Shown piece by piece: positions 41,023 to 53,663 of a stretch of 60,834 bases of DNA. Made by a program: the position numbers and the translations under genes. The stretch is from positions 1 to 60,834 of the forward strand of contig JBFGIM010000001.1 in NCBI GenBank assembly GCA_041577695.1, read 5' to 3'. Position 1 is the first letter of the stretch. Every line of letters begins with the position of its first letter. The DNA comes from Myxococcota bacterium. GTDB taxonomy: Bacteria; Myxococcota_A; UBA9160; PR03. The notes beneath the pieces were generated by a model. The model worked only from the letters and a program-made list of their open reading frames with translations. It was not told the origin of the DNA and made no database searches.

Positions 41023-41238
41023 ATGAACGTCAAAATCAAGCTGGCCGTCGAGTTCACCGTCTCGGGCACCAGCCTGGAAGACGCCCTGGCGGAGTACGAC
41101 GAGCTCACCGTCGAGGGTCTCATTCGAGAGGTGATCGACAAGGCGATCGCGTGTGACGCGATCGAAGCCAAGGTCGTCGAGGGCCCCAACACCCTCGAAG
41201 AATATGACAACCAGGTCGAAAAGGGCGCTGCGGGCTGA
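41023..41238 (+). CDS. Small acidic hypothetical protein (71 aa)
   Basis: Codon usage is GC3-rich and GGGGA lies 4-5 nt before the ATG. It is the only plausible ORF in this spacer, and no family was recognised. Confidence 0.55.
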   Translation: MNVKIKLAVEFTVSGTSLEDALAEYDELTVEGLIREVIDKAIACDAIEAKVVEGPNTLEEYDNQVEKGAAG

Positions 41239-41252
41239 TCCCCGCCCCACCA

Positions 41253-41711
41253 TCAGAACAGCGTGAGCTGCCTGGGCCCACCCGTCCCCGAATTGCGGCC
41301 GGGGGCCGGCGGCGATCCCGTCTCCCCGGCGGGCAGGCGGCTGGGTCGCGCCGGAGCCTGTACGGGCGGTCGCGGGCGCAGCGGTGCCGGTCGGTAGATC
41401 CCCTGCCGCCGGGCGTGCTCCAGGATGTGCCGGTAGAAGTCCTGGAAGCGCTCGCCGTGGTTGAAGTGACGGAGGTGCGCCAGCTCGTGGCAGAGCGTGT
41501 CGATCAGGCTCGAGTACTTGAGCGGCCGGCCTGTGGTCGCGTGGAAGAGCCGGATCTTGATGGTGCCGTCCGAGAAGCAGACACCGAAGCGCCGTTTGAC
41601 GTTGGCCCGCTCTGCCTGGAGGATCCGGAACTGGAGACCGAAGTACCGGGACAGGTACTCGGCGTCCCGATTCAGGCGTTCCATCAATTCCCGCGCGTCC
41701 TTGCGACTCAT
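41253..41711 (-). CDS. DUF45/YgjP (SprT/WLM-like) zinc metallopeptidase with a Pro-rich C-terminal tail
   Basis: LIDTLCHELAHLRHFNHGERF carries HExxH followed by H. The start was taken at MSRKDAREL. Confidence 0.75.
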   Translation of the reverse strand: MSRKDARELMERLNRDAEYLSRYFGLQFRILQAERANVKRRFGVCFSDGTIKIRLFHATTGRPLKYSSLIDTLCHELAHLRHFNHGERFQDFYRHILEHARRQGIYRPAPLRPRPPVQAPARPSRLPAGETGSPPAPGRNSGTGGPRQLTLF

Positions 41712-41797
41712 GATGCGGCGGAGGCGAGTGTCTCGACCGGAGCCGGTTGCGTCAAGGGCTGGCGGGGACGCCGTACACTGCGTGTTATGGTTTCGCC

Positions 41798-42478
41798 ATG
41801 AGTGACGAGGCGATCGTCGAGACCCTTCCGATCTTCCCGCTCTCGGCGCCGGTGCTGTTTCCGCGGGCACTGGTGCCGCTGCACGTCTTCGAGCCGCGCT
41901 ATCTGCAGATGACCTCCGCCCTCCTCGACGGCGACCGCCGCGTCGGGATGGCGACGGTTCGCCCCGAGTTCGTCGAGGAGATGGCCGGCGACCCGCCCTT
42001 GTTCGAGATCGGCTGCGCGGGACTGGTTCAGCAGGCACGACGGCGCGAGGACGGGCGTTACGACCTGGTGCTCCTGGGCGTCCACCGCTTCCGGATCCTC
42101 GAAGAGATCCCCCGGGACGCCGAGCGTCTGTACCGGATCGCCCGCGTCGAGCGACTCGAAGACGATCTCGAAGAGATGGACGACGCGATCGCGCTCCAGG
42201 GACTTCGCCTGGAGGTGATCGAAGAGCTCGGACAGCTGGTGCGGCATCTCTCGCCGGCCGCGGCGGAATCGGTCGACCCGCGCCGCTTCTCCGGCGTGGA
42301 CGATGCCTCGTTCGTCAACGTATTGTCCCAGGTCCTGGATCTCACCCCCCTCGAACGACAGGGACTGCTCGAAGAGAACGCCCTGCGAGCGCGCTGCGAG
42401 CGCCTGCTCGCACTGCTCCGCTTCCGCGCCGCCGAGCTCGGCGGAGGCGTTTCCGGCGCTCCTAGCCGGCTTCATTGA
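41798..42478 (+). CDS. LON substrate-binding (Lon N-terminal) domain protein
   Basis: LPIFPLSAPVLFPRALVPLHVFEPRYLQM is typical of the Lon N-domain. There is no AAA or protease domain. Confidence 0.8.
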   Translation: MSDEAIVETLPIFPLSAPVLFPRALVPLHVFEPRYLQMTSALLDGDRRVGMATVRPEFVEEMAGDPPLFEIGCAGLVQQARRREDGRYDLVLLGVHRFRILEEIPRDAERLYRIARVERLEDDLEEMDDAIALQGLRLEVIEELGQLVRHLSPAAAESVDPRRFSGVDDASFVNVLSQVLDLTPLERQGLLEENALRARCERLLALLRFRAAELGGGVSGAPSRLH

Positions 42479-42485
42479 GAGCATC

Positions 42486-42513
42486 GAAAATAGTCGAAAA
42501 AGTCAGAAAATGG
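42486..42513. repeat. Three helically phased A-tract units in the dnaA upstream spacer
   Basis: GAAAATAGTC / GAAAAAGTCA / GAAAATGG place the A-tracts 10 nt apart. Confidence 0.5.
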
Positions 42514-42825
42514 ACGTTTTCGATCGATCACGTCGGGTGGAGGCGATTCGCTCCGCGTCGCCCCGACACACGAAAGGAGCGCTCAACCAATCTGGCAAGC
42601 AGGGTTGAACTCCGCGGAATCCAAAATGGATCGGGTTCGCAAACAGCGGTTTTCGCGGCGCGATCCGGTGTTTCGAGCCGTATCGGTTCTGTGTCGTAGC
42701 GGGTAGCCCGCAGCCCGTGGAATGCTTGCAGCGGGACGACCCCTGTGGTAATTCGCGCGTGTACGACAGTTCCCATCCGGAGTGATTCTCCGGGTGAACC
42801 TAAAAAAATCGAGAATTCTGGCACC

Positions 42826-44274
42826 ATGACCTGCCCCCCTCAGGTCTGGAACAGCGCTGTGCGCCGTCTCGCCGATGCGATGCCCGAGGTCGCCTTCGAG
42901 ACGTGGATCGAACCGCTCGCCGCGGAGCCCGCCGGCGAGGGGCTGGATCTCGTCTGCCCGAGCGCCTTCCACCGAGACCGTGTTCGCGAGCGCTACCTCG
43001 CGGAGATCCGCGAACACCTGCGCCGCGAGCGGGGTGACCCGGTTCCCGTCCGCCTGGTGGTACGAGCCGTTGCCGCGTCCGGGCCGGAGTCCCCCGAGGC
43101 GGTCGGGGCGATACAGGACCGGGCCCGGGTCCGACCTACCCTGCCGCCCCGCGCTTCGACGACGCGGCGATCCGCTGCGCCGGTGGTCGCGCTGCATCCC
43201 GAGCCCCGGCGGGATGTCACCACTCCTGACGCGTCGGCACCGCAACAGGCCAGCCTCCTCTACACCTTCGACAACTTCGCGGTCGGTCCCGCCAACGCCC
43301 TCGCGCGCGAGGCGTGCATGGCGCTGGCCGAGGGGCGGAACCTGCACCTGAGTCCGCTGTACCTGGTGGCGGAGCCGGGCTTCGGCAAGACGCATCTTGC
43401 GGGCGCGACGTTGGCCGCGTCGAAGCAGCGCGGCGCCCAGCGCGCGGTCTACGCGTCGGCGGAGCACTTCACCAACGATCTGCTGGGATCGATCCGAACC
43501 AGGCGCACGCATGACTTCAAACGGCGTTATCGCGACTGCGAGATGCTGGTGCTCGAGGACGTCCAGTTCCTCCAGGGAAAGCGCGCGACCCAGCTCGAGC
43601 TGTTCCACACCCTCGAGCACCTGGCCCGCACCGGCGCGCGCGTGCTGCTCACGTCCGAACGTCTGCCGCGGGAGATTCCCGACCTGGATCGGCGGCTGGT
43701 CTCGCGCATGAGCGGAGGGCTGTGCGCCCGCATCGAGCCGCCCGACGCCGCGCTCCGGCGCGAGATCCTGCGATCCAAGGCCGCAGCGGGGGGCGTGCGG
43801 CTCCCGGAGGCCTGCGCCGATCGGATCCTGGCAGCCACGCCGGGCAGCGTCGCCGATCTGGAGAGCGTGCTGATCCAGGTGGTGGCGAGCGCCTCGCTGC
43901 TCAAGCGCCCGATCGACCTGGCGCTCATCGAGGCGGCGCTCGACAAGATCGCGCCGCGGGGCGGCAGCCCGCTGGGGCCCGAGCGGGTAGCCGAGGTGGT
44001 GGCCTCCTTCTTCGGCACGTCGGTCCACTCCCTCGCATCGCGCTCGCGCCGCCGCGACGTCCTGGTACCGCGCCAGCTCGCGATGTACCTGTGTGCACGC
44101 TACACGGACGCGGCCCACCAGCGCATCGGCCGCCTCTTCGGGCGGCAGCACTCGTCGGTGGCGAATGCGGTGCAGGGCGTCGAGCGCGGCATCCTCGAGA
44201 ACGCGAGGCTCCGCTACAAGCTCGAGGCACTGGTGGCACGGCTCGACGCGCTGGGCAGCCAGCAAGCCCGCTGA
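42826..44274 (+). CDS. dnaA: Chromosomal replication initiator DnaA (domain IV motif atypical)
   Basis: VWNSAVRRL...FETWIEPL is domain I. YTFDNFAVGPANALA, EPGFGKTHL, LVLEDVQFL, LLTSERLP and PRQLAMYL also match. The DNA-contact motif reads FGRQHSSVANA. Confidence 0.85.
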   Translation: MTCPPQVWNSAVRRLADAMPEVAFETWIEPLAAEPAGEGLDLVCPSAFHRDRVRERYLAEIREHLRRERGDPVPVRLVVRAVAASGPESPEAVGAIQDRARVRPTLPPRASTTRRSAAPVVALHPEPRRDVTTPDASAPQQASLLYTFDNFAVGPANALAREACMALAEGRNLHLSPLYLVAEPGFGKTHLAGATLAASKQRGAQRAVYASAEHFTNDLLGSIRTRRTHDFKRRYRDCEMLVLEDVQFLQGKRATQLELFHTLEHLARTGARVLLTSERLPREIPDLDRRLVSRMSGGLCARIEPPDAALRREILRSKAAAGGVRLPEACADRILAATPGSVADLESVLIQVVASASLLKRPIDLALIEAALDKIAPRGGSPLGPERVAEVVASFFGTSVHSLASRSRRRDVLVPRQLAMYLCARYTDAAHQRIGRLFGRQHSSVANAVQGVERGILENARLRYKLEALVARLDALGSQQAR

Positions 44275-44276
44275 GC

Positions 44277-45641
44277 TCAAGCCTCGGAGCCGCCGATCTC
44301 GTACTTGCGCATCAGCCGGTAGAGCGTGGTCCGGTCCACGCCCAGGCTGGCGGCCGCCTCGGCGCGCCGGCCGCCCGTCGCTTCCAGGGCGGCCCGGATG
44401 CGCTCGGCGGCGGCGGCGTCCAGGAACTCGCGCAGACCCTGGGCCGTCGAGGCGCCCGGAGCCGCGTCCGTCTCCTCCGGGCCCAGGCGCAGATCGTCGA
44501 GCTCGATCCGGTCGCCGCGGGCCAGCACCATGCCGCGCTCCAGGGCGTTCTCGAGCTCGCGAGCGTTGCCGGGCCAGTCGTGGGAGAGCAGGTACCTCTC
44601 CACGGCGTCCTCCCATCCGCTCATCTCGCGGCCGAGCTCCGCGTTCCACTTGCCCAGGAAGTGGCGGGCCAGGGGGATCACGTCGTCCGGACGCTCGCGC
44701 AGCGGCGGGATGTGGATCGGGATCACTGCGATGCGGAAGTAGAGGTCCTCGCGAAAGCGGCCGGCCGCCACCTCGGCCCGCAGGTCGCGATTGGTGGCGG
44801 CCACGATGCGGACGTCCACCGCGAGATTCCGTTCGCCACCGACCCGACGCACGCTGCGCTCCTGGAGCACGCGCAGCAGCGTGGCCTGGAAGTCGAGTCC
44901 GATCTCGCCGATCTCGTCCAGGAAGAGCGTGCCCCCGTGGGCCTGCTCGAAGAGCCCGCGCCGGGCGCGGTCGGCGCCGGTGAAGGCACCCCGTTCGTGG
45001 CCGAAGAGCTCGCTCTCCAGCACGCCCGGGGCGAGCGATTTGCAGTTGACCGCCACGAAGGGTCCGCCCACGCGATCGCTGTGATAGTGGAGCGCACGGG
45101 CGATCAGCTCCTTTCCGGTGCCGCTCTCGCCGGTCAACAGCACCGTGGACGGGCTCCGGGCCGCCCGGCGCGCCCGGTCGAGCACCTCTCGCATCGCCTC
45201 GCTCGCCGCCACGATCTGGTCGATCGAGTAGCGGCTGCGCAGCTCGCTGCGCAGGTAGCGGTTCTCGCGCGTGAGACGGGTCATGTCCAGCGCGCGCTTC
45301 ACCAGCGCCTTGAGCTCGTCGTTGTCGAACGGCTTCTCGACGTAGTCGAAGGCGCCGCGCTTGATCGCCTCGATCGCCGAGGAGACGGTACCGTGAGCGG
45401 TGATCAGGATCACGGGCAGGTCCGGATCGACCTCCTGCGCGCCGCGCAGCACCGCGAGGCCGTCCGGCTCGGGCATGCGGAGGTCCGTCACCAGCAGGTC
45501 GAAGGGCTGCTCGGCCAGCGCCGTCAGCGCGCGGGCGCCGTCCTGGAACGCCTCCACCCGATAGCCCTCGCGTCGCAGCACCATGGTCAGGATGTCCACC
45601 ATGCGCCGCTCGTCATCGACGACCGCGATGCGCGCGCTCAC
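44277..45641 (-). CDS. Sigma54-dependent response regulator (NtrC family: REC + AAA+ + Fis-type HTH)
   Basis: IAVVDDE...[42 protein letters not shown] and the C-terminal [18 protein letters not shown] match. Confidence 0.9.
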   Translation of the reverse strand: MSARIAVVDDERRMVDILTMVLRREGYRVEAFQDGARALTALAEQPFDLLVTDLRMPEPDGLAVLRGAQEVDPDLPVILITAHGTVSSAIEAIKRGAFDYVEKPFDNDELKALVKRALDMTRLTRENRYLRSELRSRYSIDQIVAASEAMREVLDRARRAARSPSTVLLTGESGTGKELIARALHYHSDRVGGPFVAVNCKSLAPGVLESELFGHERGAFTGADRARRGLFEQAHGGTLFLDEIGEIGLDFQATLLRVLQERSVRRVGGERNLAVDVRIVAATNRDLRAEVAAGRFREDLYFRIAVIPIHIPPLRERPDDVIPLARHFLGKWNAELGREMSGWEDAVERYLLSHDWPGNARELENALERGMVLARGDRIELDDLRLGPEETDAAPGASTAQGLREFLDAAAAERIRAALEATGGRRAEAAASLGVDRTTLYRLMRKYEIGGSEA

Positions 45642-46615
45642 GGGCGGGGCCGCCGCGTCGCCCGACCGCGGCGAGGCACCTCGACCCGGAAGCAGGCCCC
45701 GGCCCCGGCAGGTCCGGCGCCCGCACCGGCGGCGGCCTCGAGTCGCCCGCCGTGGGTCTCGACGATGCGCAGCGCCATGGGCAGGCCCAGACCGGTGCCG
45801 CGCGCCTTGGTGGTGACGAAGGGCTCGAAGATCTGCCCGACCATCGCGGCGGGCACCCCGGGGCCGTCGTCGGCGATCTCCAGCCGTACCTGCTCGGCAT
45901 CGCCGCCGAGACGCACCACGACGCGCCCGCGCTCTCCCGCGGCTTCCGCAGCATTGAGCAGCAGGTCCAGCAGCACCTGCGACAGCAGGTCCGGATCGGC
46001 CTGCATCTCCCCGGCGCCGTCGCCCTCGCGAACCACGGTGATGTGTCGGCGTCCCAGCTCCTCACCGGCCAGGTGGAGCGCGCGGTCGAGCAGCTTCTCC
46101 GGAGCCACCGACTCGAGACGCGGCTCGGTGGGGCGCGAGAAGTTCAGCAGCGCGATGATCAACGTGTTGAGGCGGTCGCTCTCCTCGCAGATGAACTGGC
46201 AGGCCCGGTAGGGATCCGAACCCGTCTCGAAGCTCTCCTGCACCATCGAAGCCGAGGCGCGGATCACGCCCAGCGGGTTGCGCACCTCGTGGGCGACGCC
46301 CGCCGCCAGCCGGCCGATCGCTGCCAGCTTCTCCTGCTGCAGCAACGAACGCTGGGCTTCCTCGAGCTGGTGGAGCTGACTTTCGATGGTCGCCGCGTCC
46401 CGGGCGGCCCGCTGTCGCGCAAGGGCGAGCCGGCCCACCGCGAAGCCGAGCGCCCCGAAGCCACCGGCCAGAATGGCGCCCGCCACGAGGGGCGACGGCG
46501 TCCAGAGATCCGGTGAGCCGAGTACCACGAAGAGGCCGTAGTCGGCGACGCCCACCGCAACGCCGGCAACCGCTCCGATCCAGTCCCAGCGAGTGCGCAT
46601 TCGCGACCAGCTCAT
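45638..46615 (-). CDS. Sensor histidine kinase (2 TM, minimal extracytoplasmic loop)
   Basis: The H-box is AAGVAHEVRNPL and HATPase motifs (DDGPGV, GTGLGLP) are present. There is a 4-nt overlap with the downstream regulator gene. Confidence 0.85.
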   Translation of the reverse strand: MSWSRMRTRWDWIGAVAGVAVGVADYGLFVVLGSPDLWTPSPLVAGAILAGGFGALGFAVGRLALARQRAARDAATIESQLHQLEEAQRSLLQQEKLAAIGRLAAGVAHEVRNPLGVIRASASMVQESFETGSDPYRACQFICEESDRLNTLIIALLNFSRPTEPRLESVAPEKLLDRALHLAGEELGRRHITVVREGDGAGEMQADPDLLSQVLLDLLLNAAEAAGERGRVVVRLGGDAEQVRLEIADDGPGVPAAMVGQIFEPFVTTKARGTGLGLPMALRIVETHGGRLEAAAGAGAGPAGAGACFRVEVPRRGRATRRPRP

Positions 46616-46704
46616 CGCGAGTAGAGTACAGCAAGGCGCGTGCCCGCACGGAACGCGGCGTGCGGGCGCGAAGACGCCTCCGCCGTTGCAGCGCGGCCTC
46701 GAAC

Positions 46705-46720
46705 GTTGCACGCGTGCAAC
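46705..46720. promoter_or_regulatory. Perfect 16-bp palindrome, candidate enhancer-binding-protein site
   Basis: GTTGCACGCGTGCAAC lies about 50 nt upstream of the -24 element, and a further GTTGCA half-site is at 46685-46690. Confidence 0.4.
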
Positions 46721-46770
46721 ATCCGGGCGTCGCCGGACATCGCGACGCGGGCCCAGGGATCCGGGCGGAG

Positions 46771-46786
46771 CGGCACGCCGGTTGCA
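46771..46786 (+). promoter_or_regulatory. Sigma54 (-24/-12) promoter candidate
   Basis: CGGCACGCCGGTTGCA compares well with TGGCACG-N4-TTGCW. GG (46772-73) and GC (46784-85) are 12 nt apart. It lies about 80 nt upstream of the ATG at 46867. Confidence 0.55.
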
Positions 46787-46866
46787 ACGTCGATCCGTCG
46801 AACACCCGACGCCTGGGAGCGCGGGTAGAGGTTCGTAACCAACGGGTACAGACCCGGGAGGACATC

Positions 46867-47199
46867 ATGACCAAGCTTCAGCTCCTTCTGGCCGCAGTGC
46901 TGGCCATCTTCCTGTTCGAGTCCGCATACGTGATCTACACCATGGGCTACATCGGCTTCTTCGAGGCCGCCTTCGCCAATGCGGCCACCGGCCTGATGGC
47001 CTTCGACCTGGTGATCTGCCTGACGATCTTCGCGGTCTGGATGGTCCGCGACGCCCGCCTGCAGGGGCGCTCCCCGCTGGGTTATCTGCTGCTGACGGTC
47101 ACCCTGGGCTCGGCGGGACCGCTGCTGTATCTGATCCGCCGTTCGCCGCTCGGGGCCCGGGCGGGAGGCGGAGAGGGCACCGCGCCCGAGGCCGCCTGA
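46867..47199 (+). CDS. Small 3-4 TM membrane protein (DUF2834-like)
   Basis: The RBS GGGAGGA is present and the protein begins MTKLQLLLAAVLAIFLF... The start lies inside the longer track ORF. Confidence 0.65.
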   Translation: MTKLQLLLAAVLAIFLFESAYVIYTMGYIGFFEAAFANAATGLMAFDLVICLTIFAVWMVRDARLQGRSPLGYLLLTVTLGSAGPLLYLIRRSPLGARAGGGEGTAPEAA

Positions 47200-47305
47200 G
47201 AGACCGTGCCAGGGTCGGAACGGGCCAGGAGCGGTCTTTTTCGCCTGAAGCCACTACGGCTTTCCACCGATACACCGGGAGGTTGCGCTTCCGGGAGACT
47301 CGGCG

Positions 47306-48031
47306 GTGAACGAGCACTACACACTGGTCTGGGACGATCTCGGCCACGGGCTGGGCGAAGTGGCCCTGCGTCTGCTGCGCATGGGCATCGACACCCTCTA
47401 CGCCGACTGCTTCGAAGAGGCCCTGCTGCTGGCCGATCAGGAGGGCGCCCGGATCCGGGCGCTGCTCACGCCGCCCACCCTCCCCGCCGAGCAGCTGCGC
47501 CGACTCCGCGATCGCGTGGCCAGCAAGACGGCAGACGGGCTGCCGGGGATCGTGGTGATCGGCGATCCGCCGAACGACGAGCACCGCAAGGCGCTGCGCG
47601 AGATCGGCGCCGAGTGGGGCCTCTGGGAGCTGGACGACGACGCCTCGCTGCGCTTCGTGGTGAACGCTGCGGCCAGCGCGCCGGCGGAGCGCGCCGACCG
47701 ACGCGAACCCCGCATCCCCACCAATCTGCTCGCGAGCTTCCGGGCGGGCGACGCGCGCAAGGACGCGGTGATCTATACGCTCTCCGCCCGCGGCGCCTTT
47801 CTCGAGACGCCGAATCCCATGGCCGAGGGCACCAGCATCGAGCTCGAGCTCACCTTCGCCGACCGTGTGATCGAAACCTCCGCCGAGGTGGTCCACTCCA
47901 ATGGCCTCGAACAGCAGCGCTCCTCCAGCGCACCCCTCGGCATGGGCGTGGTCTTCGACGCCCTCCCGGAGGCGCAGGCGCTGTTCCTGCGCGAGTTCGT
48001 GGCGGAGCGGGCCGAGGTCTTCTGCGTCTAG
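47306..48031 (+). CDS. PilZ-domain protein with an N-terminal ~125-aa alpha/beta region of unassigned family
   Basis: RREPR (RxxxR) and TLSARGAFLET (xxSxxG) fit the c-di-GMP-binding PilZ motifs; the D/N position is T. Confidence 0.7.
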   Translation: MNEHYTLVWDDLGHGLGEVALRLLRMGIDTLYADCFEEALLLADQEGARIRALLTPPTLPAEQLRRLRDRVASKTADGLPGIVVIGDPPNDEHRKALREIGAEWGLWELDDDASLRFVVNAAASAPAERADRREPRIPTNLLASFRAGDARKDAVIYTLSARGAFLETPNPMAEGTSIELELTFADRVIETSAEVVHSNGLEQQRSSSAPLGMGVVFDALPEAQALFLREFVAERAEVFCV

Positions 48032-48066
48032 GAAGCGGCCGGCGACGGCAGCTACACTCTGCGGCG

Positions 48067-52412
<4,346 letters not shown>

Positions 52413-52416
<4 letters not shown>

Positions 52417-53663
52417 GAGCCCACGCCCGAGATCTGGAGCAGCTCGCCGCGCCGGCTGTCGCGGCTCCAGCGCGCCGGGCCCGAGAGCTTCTTCTCGGCG
52501 CCGGGCTCGAGCGACGGCGGGTCCTGGCTCGGATCGTCGAAGCGGCGCAGGATGTCGTAGGCCGTGTTGCGCTCGGCGGGCACGCGGCCCATCTCGCGCA
52601 CGAGCTGGCGGATCCGCTCCGGCGGCAGGTTCTCGCCGTGGTCCGCACCCGACTCGCGGCTGATCGACTCCTCCATCAGCGTGCCGCCGAAGTCGTTGGC
52701 GCCGGAGAGCAGCGCCATCTGCGCCAGCTTGGTACCCATCTTCACCCACGACATCTGGATGTTGACGATCTCCGGGCGCAGGAAGAGCCGCGTCACCGCC
52801 ACCAGGCGCACGTCTTCGGCGCTGGACGATCCCGGTCGCGCGCCCATCTCCTGGAACAGCCGGTTCAGCGAGTGGATGAACCCGAGCGGCACGAATTCGG
52901 TGAAGCCTCCGGTCTCGCGCTGGAGCGTGCGGATCAGGTCCAGGTGACGCGCCACGTGCTCCACCTGCTCGAGGTGGCCGTACATCACGGTGGCCGTCGA
53001 ACGCAGCCCCACGCCGTGCGCCGCGCGCACGATCTCAACCCAGCGGTCGGTCATCAGCTTTCGCGGCGCCACGATGCGGCGGATGTCGTCGTCGAGGATC
53101 TCGGCCGCGGTGCCGGGAATCGTGCCGAGCCCGGCGTCCTTCAGCCAGCGCAGGTAGTCGTCCAGCGCCATCCCGCTCTGGCGATGACCGTGGTCGATCT
53201 CCTCGGGCGAGAAGGCGTGGATGTGCAGCTGCGGGAACTCGCCCTTCAGGGCCAGCAGGATCTCGCGGTAGTGGGTGTGGTCCTTGTTGGGGTGGATGCC
53301 GCCCTGGATGCACACCTCGGTGGCGCCGCGCTCGACGGCGCCGCGCGTCTTCTCGATCAGCGTCTCCATGCCGTGGTCATAGGCGTCGGGGTCGTCCTTG
53401 TGGCGAGAGAAGCCGCAGTAGGAGCAACCGACGTAGCAGATGTTGGTGAAGTTCAGGTTCCGGTTGACGACGTAGGTCACCACGTCGCCCTTGTCCTCGG
53501 CGCGCGCCACGTCGGCGGCGCGCATCAACGCCAGCAGATCCCCGCCCTGGGCGCGCAGCAGCACCGCCGCCTCGTCCACCGTGAGCGGGCGCCCGGAGAG
53601 CGCGTGGTCCAGCGCCGCGGCCACGCCGCGGGAGATCCCCTGCCAAAGTCGGTCGAGACTCAT
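52413..53663 (-). CDS. cofH: FO synthase subunit 2 (7,8-didemethyl-8-hydroxy-5-deazariboflavin synthase, CofH)
   Basis: The radical SAM motif is NFTNICYVGCSYCGF, and GANDFGGTLMEESISR matches. There is an ATGA overlap with cofG; the start position was derived by frame from the track. Confidence 0.8.

Noticed and set aside
42716-42752. DnaA-box-like 9-mers upstream of dnaA: CGTGGAATG and TGTGGTAAT.
   Set aside because: They match TGTGGATAA at only about 5-6 of 9 positions, which is not better than chance in a 350-bp region. They are reported only as the best available matches.
47206-48066. N-terminal extensions of track ORFs: the Lhr ORF from 47206, the sfsA ORF from 10229, the cofH ORF up to 54677, the tadA ORF from 21353, the tadD ORF from 24527, the ClC ORF from 35390, and the Nudix ORF up to 35871.
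   Set aside because: The extensions overlap upstream genes in another frame, have noise-like composition, and exceed the family-typical N-termini. Internal starts with RBS or 4-nt overlaps fit better.
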